From Marsupella aquatica (Eukaryota; Plantae; Marchantiophyta): a DNA stretch of 64,000 nt. A model generated the notes under the pieces. The model was not told the DNA's origin, made no database searches, and saw nothing but the letters and a program-made list of their open reading frames with translations. The position numbers and the translations under genes are program-made. Below, in pieces: positions 38,747 through 51,892 of the stretch; positions within the stretch are counted from its first letter, which is position 1, and each line of letters opens with the position of its first letter. The stretch lies in the NCBI GenBank assembly GCA_973895155.1, contig OZ316899.1:9732287-9796286 (forward strand), read 5' to 3'.

Positions 38747-41700
38747 CTAGGCATCACATAGCTCCCCACTTAATTGTGAAGCGTCCTCGCGAACAACTTC
38801 ATCTTCGTCCATATAGTATTTCTTGAGGCGGTCGTAATGGATGCGAACTGGGTACACCCGTCCAGTTATGTTGGCCAATTGCACAAAGCCATTAGAGAAC
38901 TTCATTGATACCCTGAAAGGTCCTAACCAGCGAGTGTAAAGTTTCCCCGGAAACCTACTATACCTACTGTCATAAAGTAATACAAGATATTCTGTGTGAA
39001 GACTAACTAGTTTTAACCTTTTATCATACCGCTGCTTCATGGTATTCTGTCTACATTCTACTCTCTCGGTTGAAATCATTCTTGCCTCCTCTAAAGCTTC
39101 TAACCTATATTCTCGCTCCTTTAGGCTTTCTTCCTATGAGGTTCTCTCCTCAATTGTAACTTGAAATGTAGGGATCTCAAGTTGCATGGGTACCAGGGCT
39201 TCCTGTCCAAAGGTTAAGAAAAAAGGTGTATGACCGGTAGTGGATTTATAGGCTAAATTGTAAGCAAAAACAACAGCAAATAATTTATCATCCCAATCGA
39301 GTTTGTTCTGGGCTACAATTTTGTTTAATATTTTTCCTATAATTCCATTGGCTCGTTCTGTCAACCCGTTTGCCTTTGGGTGGTAGGGAGTAGTAGGCCT
39401 ATGTCTAACTAAATACTGCTCATTTAAACGACTAATTATATCATTCAGAAAATGGGTTCCTCTATCACTAACTAATTCTAAGGGTGCGCCGTACTTGGTG
39501 AAGATCTGCTCATACATGAATCGAGCCATAGTAATTGCATCATCCTTCGTTGTCGGCCTGGCCTCTACCCACTTAGTTGCATAATCCGCGGCCAAGATTA
39601 TGTACTTGTTTCTTGGAGGATGGGTCAATGGTTTCAGGGGTCCGATGTAATCAATACCCCACTTCTCAAACGGTGCCAGAGGTAGAATAGGGTGCAATGG
39701 ATGTCTTGTGGACGCCCTTGGTCCTCCTACTTGTTGACAAGGATCGCATTGTTTGATAAACTTATAGACATCTTTGTGCAAGGTGGGCCACCAGTAACCG
39801 TCATTTAATATCTTTTTAGAAGTGGTTACTGGAGCGAAATGTCCCCCGACCTCCTCCCCATGCATAGCTTGTAAGACTTGTTTTACCTCTCCCTCCTCCA
39901 AACACCTTTGAATCGTGCCACTGATTCCATGCTTGTGTAGCACGCCCTTGATGCACTGATACTGTCTGACCTTCCGCAAAAAGACTGCGGCTTGCTCTCG
40001 GCTTAGAGCGGGCTGTAATCTGGAAGTGCTGAGAAATTGTAAAATCTCAGGGTACCATGTATCAGCTATTTCCACAACAAATAGCTCCTCGTCGGGAAAT
40101 CGATCGTCGATGCAATCCATGGCAGGTTCACCCGTGATCCTTGAAAAGAAGTCGGCATTGGCGTGTAACTTTCCCGGCTTGATTTTTAGCTCATAGTCAA
40201 ACTCTTGTAATAGCAAAATCCATCTTGCTACCCTGCCTGTAAGGTTCGACTTATTTACTAGGTACTTTAAACTTTCATGATCAGTATGAAAGATTACCTT
40301 GTACCCTAGCAGATAATGCCTAAACTTTTTATAGGAATAAATGACTCCTAATGCTTCTCTTTCTGTGGTGGAGTAGTTTCGTTCGGCATCGGCAAGCTGG
40401 CGGCTTGCAAAGTATATAGGATGCTCCCTTCCTTTCTCATCTAACTGACTTAGTACTGAGCCGATACAAAAGCCTGAGACATCTACAAAGACATGAAAAT
40501 CCTTGTTCCAGTCTGGTGCTATCATGATTGGGGCCTCTACTAACATTTGCTTCAATTCTACTACTGCTGTTACTCGTTCTGGTGTGGGTTTGAAGTCTGC
40601 ACCTGCTTTGAGCATGTTGGTTAATGGTAAAGCTAGCTTGGCAAAATCCTTGATGAACCATGTCACACCATTCTGAGTAGTGTAGTAGTATATCGTGCTA
40701 TTAGAGTATGTACGTTTGGTATGAGTGCTATTGGAGCCGATAAGGTTCTGTCAGGTTTGTGTGAGAGGGTACTTCTCACTTGTGAGGCATTGAAAGGTCA
40801 TCTTTCAATGTTGAGCCTTGGAGAGAGAGGAGCTTGAGTGTGGCTATGGTGGCTGTGAGCTCCGCTTGTGTAACGTGGATTCCTTGAGTAGTGCAAGGTG
40901 CGTTGGCTTGACATACGTGTGTGATCGGATCGGTGCGGGATCGATGGGGTATTGTTGACCGAGATAGTTGTGCCGATTGTATGGAGATTATTGTGGGTTT
41001 TGGACATGTGTGGACATGAGTTCCACTTGTATTCCATTCTCTTGTATTTGTGATGTGGCAGTGTGACTATGTCTGGATGTATGTGACAAGCGATGTATGT
41101 TGTGTAGCGATATGTATGCGCACGACAACCAGCAATAATAACCAATGCAACCCAAGAAGGATCTCACATCCTTTATGTTCTTAGGTTGCATGATATCTAG
41201 CCACACTGCTAGTTTACCCTTATCAATCTCAATGCCCTTTTTTGATACCTTGTGACCTTTTTTACACCCTCTGTTACGGCAAAGAAACATTTATCTGGGT
41301 GTAACTTGAGGCCTACCTCCCTGCATCTCATGAAGGTTTTCCTGAGGTATTTAGCATGTTTCGATGCCTTCCCAAATACTGCAAAGTCATCAGTGAAGAT
41401 TTCCATGAATTTTCTCAAGTAGTCATGAAAAATGTTCACCATCAATCGTTGGAACATAGCTAGTGCGTTACAGAGTCCAAATGGCATACGATTGAAGACA
41501 TAGATCCCCCATTCCGTGATGAAGGCTGTCTTGATTTGGTCCTCCTACCTAATCCTGATTTGGTTATAACCAGAGTATCCATCCATGAATGAGTATAGTT
41601 CATGACTGGCTACCATGTCTAGTACCATATCAGTAAAGGGTAAGGGAAAATGGTCTTTTAACGTAGCCTCATTCAACTTCCTGTAATCCTGACAAACCCG

Positions 41701-44700
41701 GATCTTTGGTTTACCATCGGGTCCAGCTTTCTTGGGAACTATCACAATTGGAGACACCCAGTCAGAATGCAGGACTGGAGTGATGAATCCGGCTTCCACT
41801 AGTTTATCGATTCAGCCCTGACCATCAGAGAATACTCAGGGTTCATCCTTCGAATTGGTTGTCGAAATGATTTGGCCCCTAACATGAGATCAATTCGGTG
41901 TTCTCCTAGTTTTGGGTCTACTCCCTTCAGATCTTGGTGACTCAATGCGAACACATCCTGAAATTCAATTAGTAATTCACTGATCTCTTTCTCAAGCTCA
42001 GGTGCTAGGTCCCGCCCTAAGTTCAGTTCCCTTCCTTCTCCTAAGTCTAGCTTCTGGTATTGCCGTGCTTGGATCATATTAATTTGCTTCTTCAAATTCG
42101 GGTCCAACTCGGCTTCCAGCCTCTCCAATCTCATACCTCCATAGACTGGAATCTTGGCAGTACTAGCCGAGTTGGTTGACTTAGGTTCTCCCTGGTTATT
42201 AACAGACTATTCCCTTACCGTTCTGCTTGGTTTTGAATTGGTTGTCGGCTCCGCTTCCTGACTCGGCTCTGGTTTCTTCCCGTGCATCTTATCTATTCCT
42301 GCTTCCTGAGGGTCAGGCCGTCGTGCTCTTCCGGCTTCTAGCAGGGCCTCAATTTGTTCTGCCCTTGTGATCGGCTTGTAAGCCGATCCCTTGGTATTTA
42401 ATTTGTTGCCGATGATAGACGGCATTGTGGATCCTGTCGGCTCTGCCACAGCGCCCGAGGAAAATCCACTGTCTTTGGTGTAGCTCCCCACCTAGCCGTT
42501 TCATCTAGCCGATCCGCCTCTTGTGTCTCCTCCAAAATTGAAGCTAAAATGTTGACTCTATGGCAAAGCAATCCTCGGTCTCTTCTTCACCTTCCTCCAG
42601 GTTACTCTCCATAGGTTCGTGCCATAGTCCGCTGGGGGGCACTTCCGGTCCAAACACACTTTCTTCGGTTAGGTCAGTGAGGCATTCTAGCCAACGTACT
42701 TCATCGGCGGATTCCAGTCCACTGTCGTACCCATCTATCTCCCTGATGTTTTTCCTGCGGTCATCCTTGGTGTCCCAGGATACCATGATAGATGGGGCCC
42801 CAAAGGTGAACTCCTTCTTACCCCAATCCTCTATTACTTTGGCTAGGTACAACCATGGCCTGCCAATTAAAAGCCGGAGCGACGTAGGGTTTACCGGCTT
42901 CATTACTACATAGTTAATGCTAAAGAAGATTCCTCCTATCTCAGTCTTGATGCCGGTTAACACTCCCGTGGGAATGACCTAATACCCATTGGCCATGTTT
43001 AACACTCTTCCAGTCATCTTTGGCGTTAGACCCCATCCTTTTGTTGTTGAATCAATCATAATACATACCCCGGATCCTCCATCAATGGGTACTCGCAATA
43101 ATATTTCTCCTTGAATCATTAATGGTAATGCTGGGGCTCCTTGATCTTCTTCTATCATCAGCACATTGGATTTGGTTGCTACCTTGGGTAATCTCAGCTT
43201 GCCGAGAATTGCCTTCCTTAACTGCTTCTGGAAGTACGGGCTATTTTTCAATAGTTGACCTACGGTTACCGAGACTCTAGATTCTAGCACATCTTTAGCC
43301 AGGTCATAGGGAACTATCGGCTTCTCTTCTGGCGGTGTCTTCATCTTGGCTTCGGCCTGTTTTTCCACGCTGGTTTCCACAGCCATTGGATCCTCCAAAG
43401 CAAACAACGCTTTTGCTCATTTCACATCCTTGGCTATAGCTTCGGTATTCTCCAGGGTTTCTAATTCTCGCAATTGTTCCTTAACACTAGCCGTAATAGA
43501 GGGGTAGAACAACTTAGGGTGATCTCGATTGAAGTCGCTGTCTTGTGAAGGATTGGGCTCACGGGTGGGCTCATGGCTTACCTGTGTTGCCGGCGCCTTT
43601 CCTTCCCCTTCTATTGATGTTGACGAAGAGTCGATTCTTTCTTCCTTATCCTTCCCTTTATTTTTGGCCAGCCCATCCCACCTTTCCTTCCTTCTGGTAG
43701 ATCGAGTAGAGACCCGGTAGCAATCATGATCCAAATCCTCCTCTGAGAAGGTTGATAGGGCCTCGGCCTCATCATCGGATGGTCCAAACTCTGCTTCGGC
43801 ATCCGTTTGCCATCCAAGTTTGATGTGGTTGATTTGAACTCCTCCGGGGGTTGTACCTGGCGGTAAAACCTTGACTGGCAAGAGCTTATGATTTGCGGCC
43901 AGGCCTGCCAACCAAGTAGGACATTGTCCTAGCATGTGACCCTCCTGTCGGCATCCCATACATAGCTGAGCTGGTTGTCCATCACCTTGTTTGCGTGCAT
44001 TCGGGCATTCTCTAGCAAAATGACCAGGTTGACCACAAGTATAGCATGCCGCAAATCTTTGCACATTCGGCCTAGGAGGTACTGACGGATTCTGAATAAT
44101 CCGAGGATACATCTCTCCCGGATTGTTCCTTAATCTTGACCAGAGAGATGCAGGTCTGTTGGATAGGTCTCGTGCTCCAGTCTCACTGATGCCAAAAACA
44201 CTATCAGCGGCATCCCCTAAAAAGTACTCTACTTCTCCCTGACATGGTCTGACCTCAACCACATGCCGAACATGACTAGTATTAAGTTTAGGACACACAT
44301 CTTTATGGTGTCCGGTTTTATAACATAAGGCACACCATACAAAGCTATCCTCCTGTACTACCTTCTTCTTTGGTTTTATCTCTGCTATTATAGCCTTAAG
44401 CTGCTCGGTAAGGGCTACGATGTTATCTGGTGTTTTAGCCTCTAGTTTGACTTTCATCTTTCCCCTCCTTCTGCCCTTCCTTTTCCTAGTTTTTTCTTCT
44501 TCAGAACTAGAAGATGGCTCACTCTTGCTACTCCCACTATCCGAGCTTGAGTTATCACTTCTTGACTTCTTAGAATGTTTCTTTTTCTTATCTTTTTTCT
44601 CATGGGGTGATCCTTCCTCCGATGAGGAACTCTCAGACTTAAGCTGTTTCTTCCGGCTTGTGATATCTGCATTAATGTATAATTGAATATCCTTAATTGC

Positions 44701-45420
44701 CTTGGCTAAAGTCTCTGGGTTCTCCTTCCTAATTGCAAAACTCATCTTCTGTGGCAAAGCATTCACTAACCATTGAAGTTGCATACCTTCAGATGCATTG
44801 GTCTTTGTATGTCTTACCAGCTTTTGGAAGCGTTGCAAGAACTTCCTGAAGGATTTGTTCTCCTTGAACCAAAGTCGTCCCAACTTCAGCACTGCTAACT
44901 CTGAAGTTCCAATGGGTCAAAACTCCTTGACAAATAGTGATCTGAAAGTATTCCAAATGGCTTGATCTTCTACGTCCAATGCTCTGTACCAAGGCCTAGC
45001 CTCACCCTTGAATAGGCTAGGAAGAATTTGCATCTTGATGGCTGATTCTCCATTTGCTGCAGCGGTCCTTCGAAGTCATCCAACCATTCGTCCGGATCCT
45101 CATCTCCTCTTCCATGAAAGGCCTTGTAATGAATACGTGACCGTTGGCTCAGTCTGGTCCCTGGCCTCTTGTCTGGCCGTGCCTCTAGTTCCCCCATGTC
45201 GGTTGGAGACTCACTTCTCCTTACCGACCCTTCTTCTGGTATGTCTTCTTCGATGCCACTTTCAGTTACGGAGCTACTAGCTCTTTCTGCCCCTCTCAGT
45301 CGCTGTGTATCATGCCACCCGGCGAGCTGCTGCAGACGAGCTCTCTCCCGTTGAATCACTCTTTCCTCTCTCGGCGTAGTTTCAGTCATTACCCATGCTT
45401 CCTTCCTAACTCCATATCTC
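38747..45420 (-). pseudogene. Gypsy gag-pol (gag with three CCHC knuckles, protease, RT, RNase H, integrase)
   Basis: FHGRGDEDPDEWL; CALC/CYTC/CMGC knuckles; IDGGSG; KDHFPLPF, MPFGLCNA, FTDDF; NYSTTEREAL; HHCC, WGIDYIGP, SDRGTHF; FPGKLYTRWLGPF. The stop codon falls inside the 3' LTR. Confidence 0.95.
40661..41127. mobile_element. 467-bp solo LTR inserted in the Gypsy pol
   Basis: TGTC...GACA termini with ACCA duplicated on both flanks. Removing it restores GYYCWFIKDFAK. Confidence 0.82.
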
Positions 45421-45435
45421 ACGGCTTAAGAAATG

Positions 45436-45454
45436 CCCCCTCCATCTAGCGCCA
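45436..45454 (-). promoter_or_regulatory. Gypsy primer-binding site
   Basis: TGGCGCTAGATGGAGGGGG begins 4 nt after the LTR's CA end. The cognate tRNA was not determined. Confidence 0.7.
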
Positions 45455-46143
45455 AAAATGTGGTGCGTTCCATGGCTCCCCAAACCCAAGAAACCCCCCC
45501 GCACAAGCCGATTCCCGCAGGTTTCGTCCTCGACGAGGCCATTTCTGCGACTTAGCGGCATGGGACGCTGCTAATCACCTCTACTACTACTATTAACATT
45601 TACACACATATAATGGACAGATCCTTCATCGGGTCATGAGATACTTAGCCGGCCTATTCTAGGCCCTCCCTTGTATTCCTCTCCTGGTCTTCCATTAGGT
45701 ATGTTTGGATTCCGCCATCGGAATGATCTCCAATTGGCTTGGTTAAGCCGCTAAGACCTCTCTCAGCTCAAATCATCCAACTCCCACTCCCTTGCTACTT
45801 CCCTTCATTGATGTGGGCACTCTTCACACAAGTTAATGCGACACACAAATAGCAAAATGACTCCTTCTGACTGAGTTATACCATGCACTTGCCATACAAA
45901 CAGTAGATCTCATACATAAGCTCTGTGAACTAAGCCGTGAGGCCAACTCTATTCAGTTCTTAGGCATGAGGAAACATAAATATACACAAGGGTCACTGTA
46001 TAACTAACCGAAAGCTTCTCTTGCTACTTGATCCCAGCCCTGCTGGTGCAACTAAAAACTTGCTAAAGAAGAGGCCTTGAACTCCCCGCAGCCCAGGTAC
46101 TTATCCTGGTTGTGGATCCGCCTGATTCCTTGCAGCGTAAGCC

Positions 46144-46199
46144 TAATCTACTTATCTATAATCTACCTAACTATAATCTACCTAACTGTAATCTACCTA
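46144..46199. repeat. 15-bp tandem repeat in the LTR, downstream of the LTR ORF
   Basis: TAATCTACCTAACTA about 3.7 times. Confidence 0.8.
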
Positions 46200-46386
46200 T
46201 GTACAGCGAGGCAGGAGCACAAGTGTCGCCCTTACTCGTGGATCCGCAATCCCACTAATCTAAGTGTCAGGGCCGTCTCCTGGTCCTGATCCTTAGTCTA
46301 AACTTGGAGATCAGCGCCCGCCTTGCCCACTCACGCCTCCTACCTCCACGTCCGCCCTCCCTAAAAGGGACGGCTCCCTTACACCA

Positions 46387-49300
46387 TCATGACCCCGGTG
46401 GTTGGTCCTCAATGGACGCCCCCAACGCTTCCTCCGCAGCCACTGCCGTTGGTCCGTCCTCTAACAGATTACCTACCCCGGAACGAGTCAACTCTTCATT
46501 AGCCTGACTGGGTCCACCCTCGGCTTCGGCCTCAGCATCGGCCACGGCCTCCCCGACATGTTCTAAGTGGAGGATCTGGTACCTCGGCTTCATTACTAGT
46601 TGTCCCGGCCTCGGCCTTGCCATCCCCACTTCCTACAACCGGTGGATCCACCGCCGTGTCGATGCCGGAGGTTGGTGCCGGGTTTATCTTCTCGGTCACA
46701 ACGGCTTGAGAAGCCGTATAACTCCCAGACCTAGAAGGTTTCCGCTTCTTCTTCTTCCCTATTTTGACAGCCGGTTCCTTCCCCTTGCCACTTACCTCCG
46801 GCACCGGGGTGAGTGTCTCGGCTTGTCCTTTGGCCAATACTACCCCTGGTAACTGGGTTGCCCCAATTGGAGTTGGACCTGATGAAGCCAAGCATTTAAA
46901 TACTGCGGCTTGTTTCTTTAGCCGCTCCGTTTGGTTGTCGGCCCGCCGCTGTAGGTTCTCCATCTTCCTCGTGATTTCCTCCAACTCCTCCTGGGTCTCG
47001 TCCAGGTCCTTGTGCGCCTCCTCCAGCTCCTTTTTGGCTTCCTCCAATTCTTTCTTTAAGGTAGCCCTCTCCTCCTGGGTTGCTCTTAGCTCCTTGTCGA
47101 GCTCTGCTACGACCTCAGACTCCATCTTATTCATCTTGGCATAAGTCTGGTCGAGCTGGTCATCTTTCTCACGGAGGTCGGCCTTGCAGGTGGCCGTCAG
47201 GGACGCAAGCTCCTGCTGCAGCGCAATAATCCCTTGATAGGATTTCCCTAACTTGGCCTCCTTTTGCTCAAGGGCTCTGTGGATATCCTCGAGTTCCCCC
47301 TTTAATGCCCTCTCCCTTCTCTGGTTCTCCGCCATGGCCCGATTGTTGGTTGCTAAGTGGGCCTCCTCTGCGTCCCTTAGCTCTCGCTTCCATTTCTCTC
47401 TTTCCTTGACTGCGCCGACCAACTCTCCTTGGGTCCGAGTCAGTTTATCTTTGATAATCTGATTGTCAGACTGAGCGGTATCCAACTGCCCCTACATGAT
47501 GTTTAGCTCATGCCGCTTAATCCGTAGCTCATCTTGGGCTTTCTTGGCTGCCTGCAGGACTTCCACCTTGGCTTCCTTCTCCCTAAGCCGCCGGATGACC
47601 TCGTCCTTCTTGCTTCTCTCCAAAGCCACCGCTTCTTCTAATCGGTGCTTCTCCAACCTCTCCCTCTGGTAGAAAGGTCCCTGCTCCAACTCCTCCCCAA
47701 AGATGCTGAGCGCCAGGTCCCCACACATCTCCCCGTACTCCATGGCTCTATCTTTAGCATAGGTGGAGTAAGTAGAAGTCATCGGCATCAACCACCTCGG
47801 CCTCTGTTCCCAAGCCGCCTTGCGGATTTCTTCTACGGTGGCAAGAGGGTTGCTTCTTTTTTCGGCAAGCCGCCTGATGTCCTCCGGCCAATCTCCTCCT
47901 AGTAAATCTTTCTCCCTAGCCAGGGCTGCCCTCTCTTCCTCCCTGAGTCGCTCCTGAAAATCTTGTGCCGTCTGCTTTATGCCGTCAAAGCTTGGGGTAG
48001 CAACCTCTGGTGGGGGAGACTCGGGGCTACTCTGCTGGTGGGGTCCCCTCGAACTACTCTTGGAAGCGTGGGGATAAATCGGCCACAGGTCCTTACTCTT
48101 GGAACATGATGATCCGACCCACAGCCGGAGTTATCATTGATGTAGTCCTCCACCCGCCTCCTCCACTGCTTGGACTCCCTACTTCCCCCTCTATTCCCCT
48201 GGTCCTGCCGTGAAAATGGCCTCACAGACCACGGGCTCTTGTTCCTCCTCTGGGTTCCAGGCTGTCCTCTCCCTCTACTCTCCGCGGGAAGGAGCCTTAG
48301 GCTGCTCTGCCTCCGATTCGGGGCTTGAGGCTCCCACATACATTCGCACTCCCGGCTTGTGTTCCGGCCTCCTTCTCTCCTTGGCTCTGGTAAAGGGGTT
48401 TTCCCTCCTGAGTCGGCTTAGGCCGGCCTCTGGGGCAGTGTCCTGTACCGGTGCGGTTGCCGTTGCTGGTGCCGTTCTCTCCTTCTCCAGCATTTTCAGC
48501 AGATTCTGCATGCTTGATTGCTGCATCGGCAAGTCTTCTTTCCTTGGCCGAAACACCTGCTCGATCGTAGGACTGGCAGGCTGGTTGGGCTCTTCTGTTG
48601 CCGGCCTCTGCTCCGGAACCTCCTCCGGTGCCCTTGCCGATAGGGGAAGTACTGGGGCAAAGATTTGACTTCTGGCATACCGGCACAACAGCGGCATGTG
48701 ATAGCCAAGCTGGGACACGCTTCCCACACCGATCGCCTGCTGTTCCTCCTTTAAGATCTTCTTCAGTTGGTTGAGGAGGTACCCGTTGTAATCCCGGCTT
48801 GGGTCTGGCCTTTCTGCCAGGTAGACCTGAGCCTTGCCGATCTCTGCCCTCGGCAAGTTACAATGCATGGTCACCCGCAAGAAATTGATCATCTCTCCGA
48901 TGTGCGGGTTGGTGGAGGTGTTCCGGAAGAAGCCATTCTTCGTTGATGGTCCTAGGAACGACCGGAACTCCTTGTCAGGTAAGGTCTTCCTGGTATCAAC
49001 CTTGGTCTTATTACCCATCGGCAAGCCAAACACCTCGGCAATCACCCGGGGAGTGAGATAGAAATCCTTCCCATACACCCTCATGGAATTGGTCTTGGGT
49101 TCCCATGATCCCACAAATTCTAATAAGTCTGAGTCCGGCACCTCCGGCTTCAGCCATGGTACCCTTACGAAGGTTTCCAAGCCGGATCCGGCCATGAAGC
49201 CCTGGTACTTCTTGGTCTACATGGCCGTAAAGCATGCATCCTCCTTCCGTGCAAAATGTAATTGCACTTCCTCTGGTAGGGTCGCCGCCCAGCCTTTCCA

Positions 49301-50066
49301 GGTGTCATCCTTTGTTGGAATGGCATTGATGGGATCAACCTCCTCCTCTTTGGCTTCTCCCTGCCTCCTGCTCTGTTGCTCTGCTGGCTTCCTTGGTGCT
49401 GCCGACCTCGTTCTTTTTGCCGGGGTGGCCTCTTCATTGTTGTTTCCTTTCCTCTTCATCTCGGCTGCCGTGGATGTTTCTCCTAGCACAGTTGCCTTTG
49501 TCCACCCCTCCGTGCTACCCTTCAACTCCCAATGCACGTCGTTGCAACGGTTGATGGCTTCTCGAATGCCGACGATTCTGTCTTCGCAAAATAGAAGGCT
49601 AATTGGCAGTAGGAGTCCATAAGAACTTGGCCTTGATGAGTTCTCCTCCTAAGAAGGCAGACTTCTGCAGCTCTCACAGTCGAGCGAGCTCCTGCCGTTC
49701 TCGAGCTGCTCTCTCCGATTCTTCATCCTCGTAAGTCCCAATGTACTCAGTTGCCCGTTCAAACAGGCATCCCCAAAAATGTGCCGCTTGATTGACGTTG
49801 CTCATACCCTCCTTGACTCAATCGTTGGTATCTGTTCCCACCCAGAGTGCTTGCCTAAGCAGCTGACAGTATTTGGCCTCCCGTAGTTGTCTGCCCAGTT
49901 CGTGCTTGCAAACGAGCCACCATTCCTCACGAGCGGTCCTTACCCCTCTCCTCCTCTGGTCTTCCCTCCCGTTGGTCACCCCTAGCCACCGATGCTTAGC
50001 GCGCCCTAACCCTAATCATGTTCTCTCCCCCGGCGTCCTTACTTCCGGCCTTGGCCCGGGTTCCAT
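46387..50066 (-). pseudogene. LTR-internal long ORF, subfamily 1 (about 1,200 codons; PMD/Transposase_32-like domain plus coiled coil)
   Basis: ORF pieces 49217-49537, 48275-49195, 47492-47791, 46532-47485 and 46387-46629. Homologous to 59416-62813, for example EYGEMCGDLALSIFGEEL versus EYGDMCGLLALEIFGNEL. Confidence 0.82.
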
Positions 50067-50182
50067 AGTCACCCTTAATTGTTTATATTTTCCTTGTCTT
50101 GTTACTATACTAAGGTGTTTCCAGGGTACATTCCTGCTTTTACCATGTAAACCGGCCTAGTGATTCCTGGCTAGGCATCACA

Positions 50183-51081
50183 TCTTACAATTCAATTACT
50201 TACCAAATGGAATACTCATTAACCAATCTACCTATACGGAGAAGGTACTCAGGCAATTCAACATGGATTCTGCTCACCCGATTAGCACTCCTATGGATTT
50301 GAGATCCTCAGATCCTGATAAGGATACATTCAAGAAATGGACTAAACTAGAAACGATTCTTGGCCCCAAAAAACCTTATCTCTCTGCTATAGGGGCCCTG
50401 ATGTACCTTGCTACACAGCCCCATCCTGATATCTCATTTGTAGTGAATCTTCTTGGTTGCCATCGCGCAAAGCCCACGATACGTCATTGGAATGGTGTCA
50501 AGCGCATTTTTCGTTACCTGCGAGGAACCACCGATATGGGACTATTCTTTCCAAAGCAGTCAGAAAACCTATTGGTGGGATATGCGGATGCAGGGTACTT
50601 TTCAAATCCAGACGACACAAAATCCCAAACTGGATATGTTTTTCTCCAAGGCGGCACTGCAATCTCGTGGAAAAGCTGCAAATAGACATTGACAGCTACT
50701 TCTTCTAATCACGCAGAGATAATTGCGCTCTACGAGGCAACTAGGGAATGCATTTGGTTATGCCACTTGATTGACCATATTCACATACACACAGGCAGAC
50801 CCCGATTTAATCAACCGACGATCATATATGAAGATAATCGACCCTGTGTCGATCAGACAGTGCAGGGATTCATCAAAGGGGACCGAATAAAACATATAGC
50901 GCCCAAATTCTTCTATACACACAAACAACATGGCGAACAGGTCAACGTGCAGTGGATTCCTAGCAAAGAAAATAGGGCATATTTGTTTACAAAACCCCTA
51001 CCGCCATCCCTCCACCGTGAGCATACATATGGCATAGGAATGAGGAGCATGGCATCGATGCTGCAAGGCACCGATGCATAA
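50183..51081 (+). pseudogene. Copia B RT C-terminus and RNase H
   Basis: PYLSAIGALMYL, GYADAGY, ATSSNHAEIIAL and GFIKGDRIKHIAPKFF. Confidence 0.92.
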
Positions 51082-51712
51082 ATCAAAATTACTCGAGCTC
51101 AAAGAATACTTACTAACTGGAAGACATCGGATCCCTTATGGTTGAAGCACTCTATTTGAGCTCCATCGAGAAATTTTGAAACGCAATGGCCCCGCACCAA
51201 CCTCAACTTTGCTCTTTGCTCCATTGACCTATCTCGATCTTCCCCATTACCAAACGAGAACTCAAAGTTCACCAAGACACAACGACCATACATCATTCAA
51301 TCGACCCTGCAGGAACAAACTTACAAAAGTTGACCGTACAAACAAACGTGCCCATGCAGAATATGTCGTCTTCAACTTCACTATTAGGGTCTACGCTCGA
51401 TAGTATATTGTTTCCTTACGAAATACAGACAGTTGTTTGTATTTCACATTTACATATCGTAGTATAGATACGATTATATACCTTTCAACATAAGTTTTTC
51501 TTTGGATTCCATAGACATGTTAAGAACTTAACCTATTATTGACCCTCAACCATGTAATAGTAGTGGCACTCTTTCCATGATTGAAGCATGGTTTTAATGA
51601 GACCATACTTAACTTGGGCCATATATAATAGGATTATAACAAAAAAAAGGGTTAGTTTCTCCGCATATTTTGTGGTTGTTTGAAAAGTTCTTTTCATCCA
51701 ACCAAGGGGGAG

Positions 51713-51887
51713 TGTTGTAAGGGACAAACCCTAACCCTGATTACCTAGACTCACCCTAGTATATAGGGAGTTGAGGCGGTTACATAACCACCATACCATG
51801 TACTATATAGGGAGTTATTTACACTCCCACAATCAGTGAGAAGGAAGTGAGCTTGCCGGTGTATTGGTGTCTATGGTGTGCACAATA
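51713..51887 (+). repeat. Copia B 3' LTR (175 bp)
   Basis: Preceded by the PPT, matches the rejoined 5' LTR, and is followed by TSD GCAGG. Confidence 0.93.
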
Positions 51888-51892
51888 GCAGG

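Larger units (their letters stand above)
33325..38758 (-). repeat. Gypsy 3' LTR remnant (36501-38758 and 33325-33833) with the 5' two-thirds of the LTR ORF
   Basis: Collinear with 47411-50182. Interrupted by the solo LTR at 33834-36495 and cut at about 33324. Confidence 0.9.
33325..50182 (-). mobile_element. Ty3/Gypsy non-chromovirus (Athila/Phygy-like) element with 4.7-kb ORF-bearing LTRs; 3' LTR truncated
   Basis: 5' LTR at 45459-50182 (TGTGATGCC...CACCACA), PBS TGGCGCTAGATGGAGGGGG, gag-pol, PPT AGTGGGGAG, then a 3' LTR starting at 38758. Confidence 0.92.
45459..50182 (-). repeat. Gypsy 5' LTR, 4,724 bp
   Basis: TG...CA termini, followed by the PBS, and duplicated from 38758 downward. Confidence 0.92.
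13467..51887 (+). mobile_element. Ty1/Copia LTR retrotransposon B, Bianca-like, inserted in the RT of Copia A
   Basis: 175-bp LTRs (13467-13553 plus 31460-31547, and 51713-51887) with 1 mismatch. TSD GCAGG at 13462-13466 and 51888-51892. PBS at 31548-31561 and PPT AAGGGGGAG before 51713. Confidence 0.93.

Noticed and set aside
46387-50066. LTR ORF as a retroviral env gene
   Set aside because: No signal peptide or transmembrane stretch is visible, and the protein is charged and coiled-coil rich.
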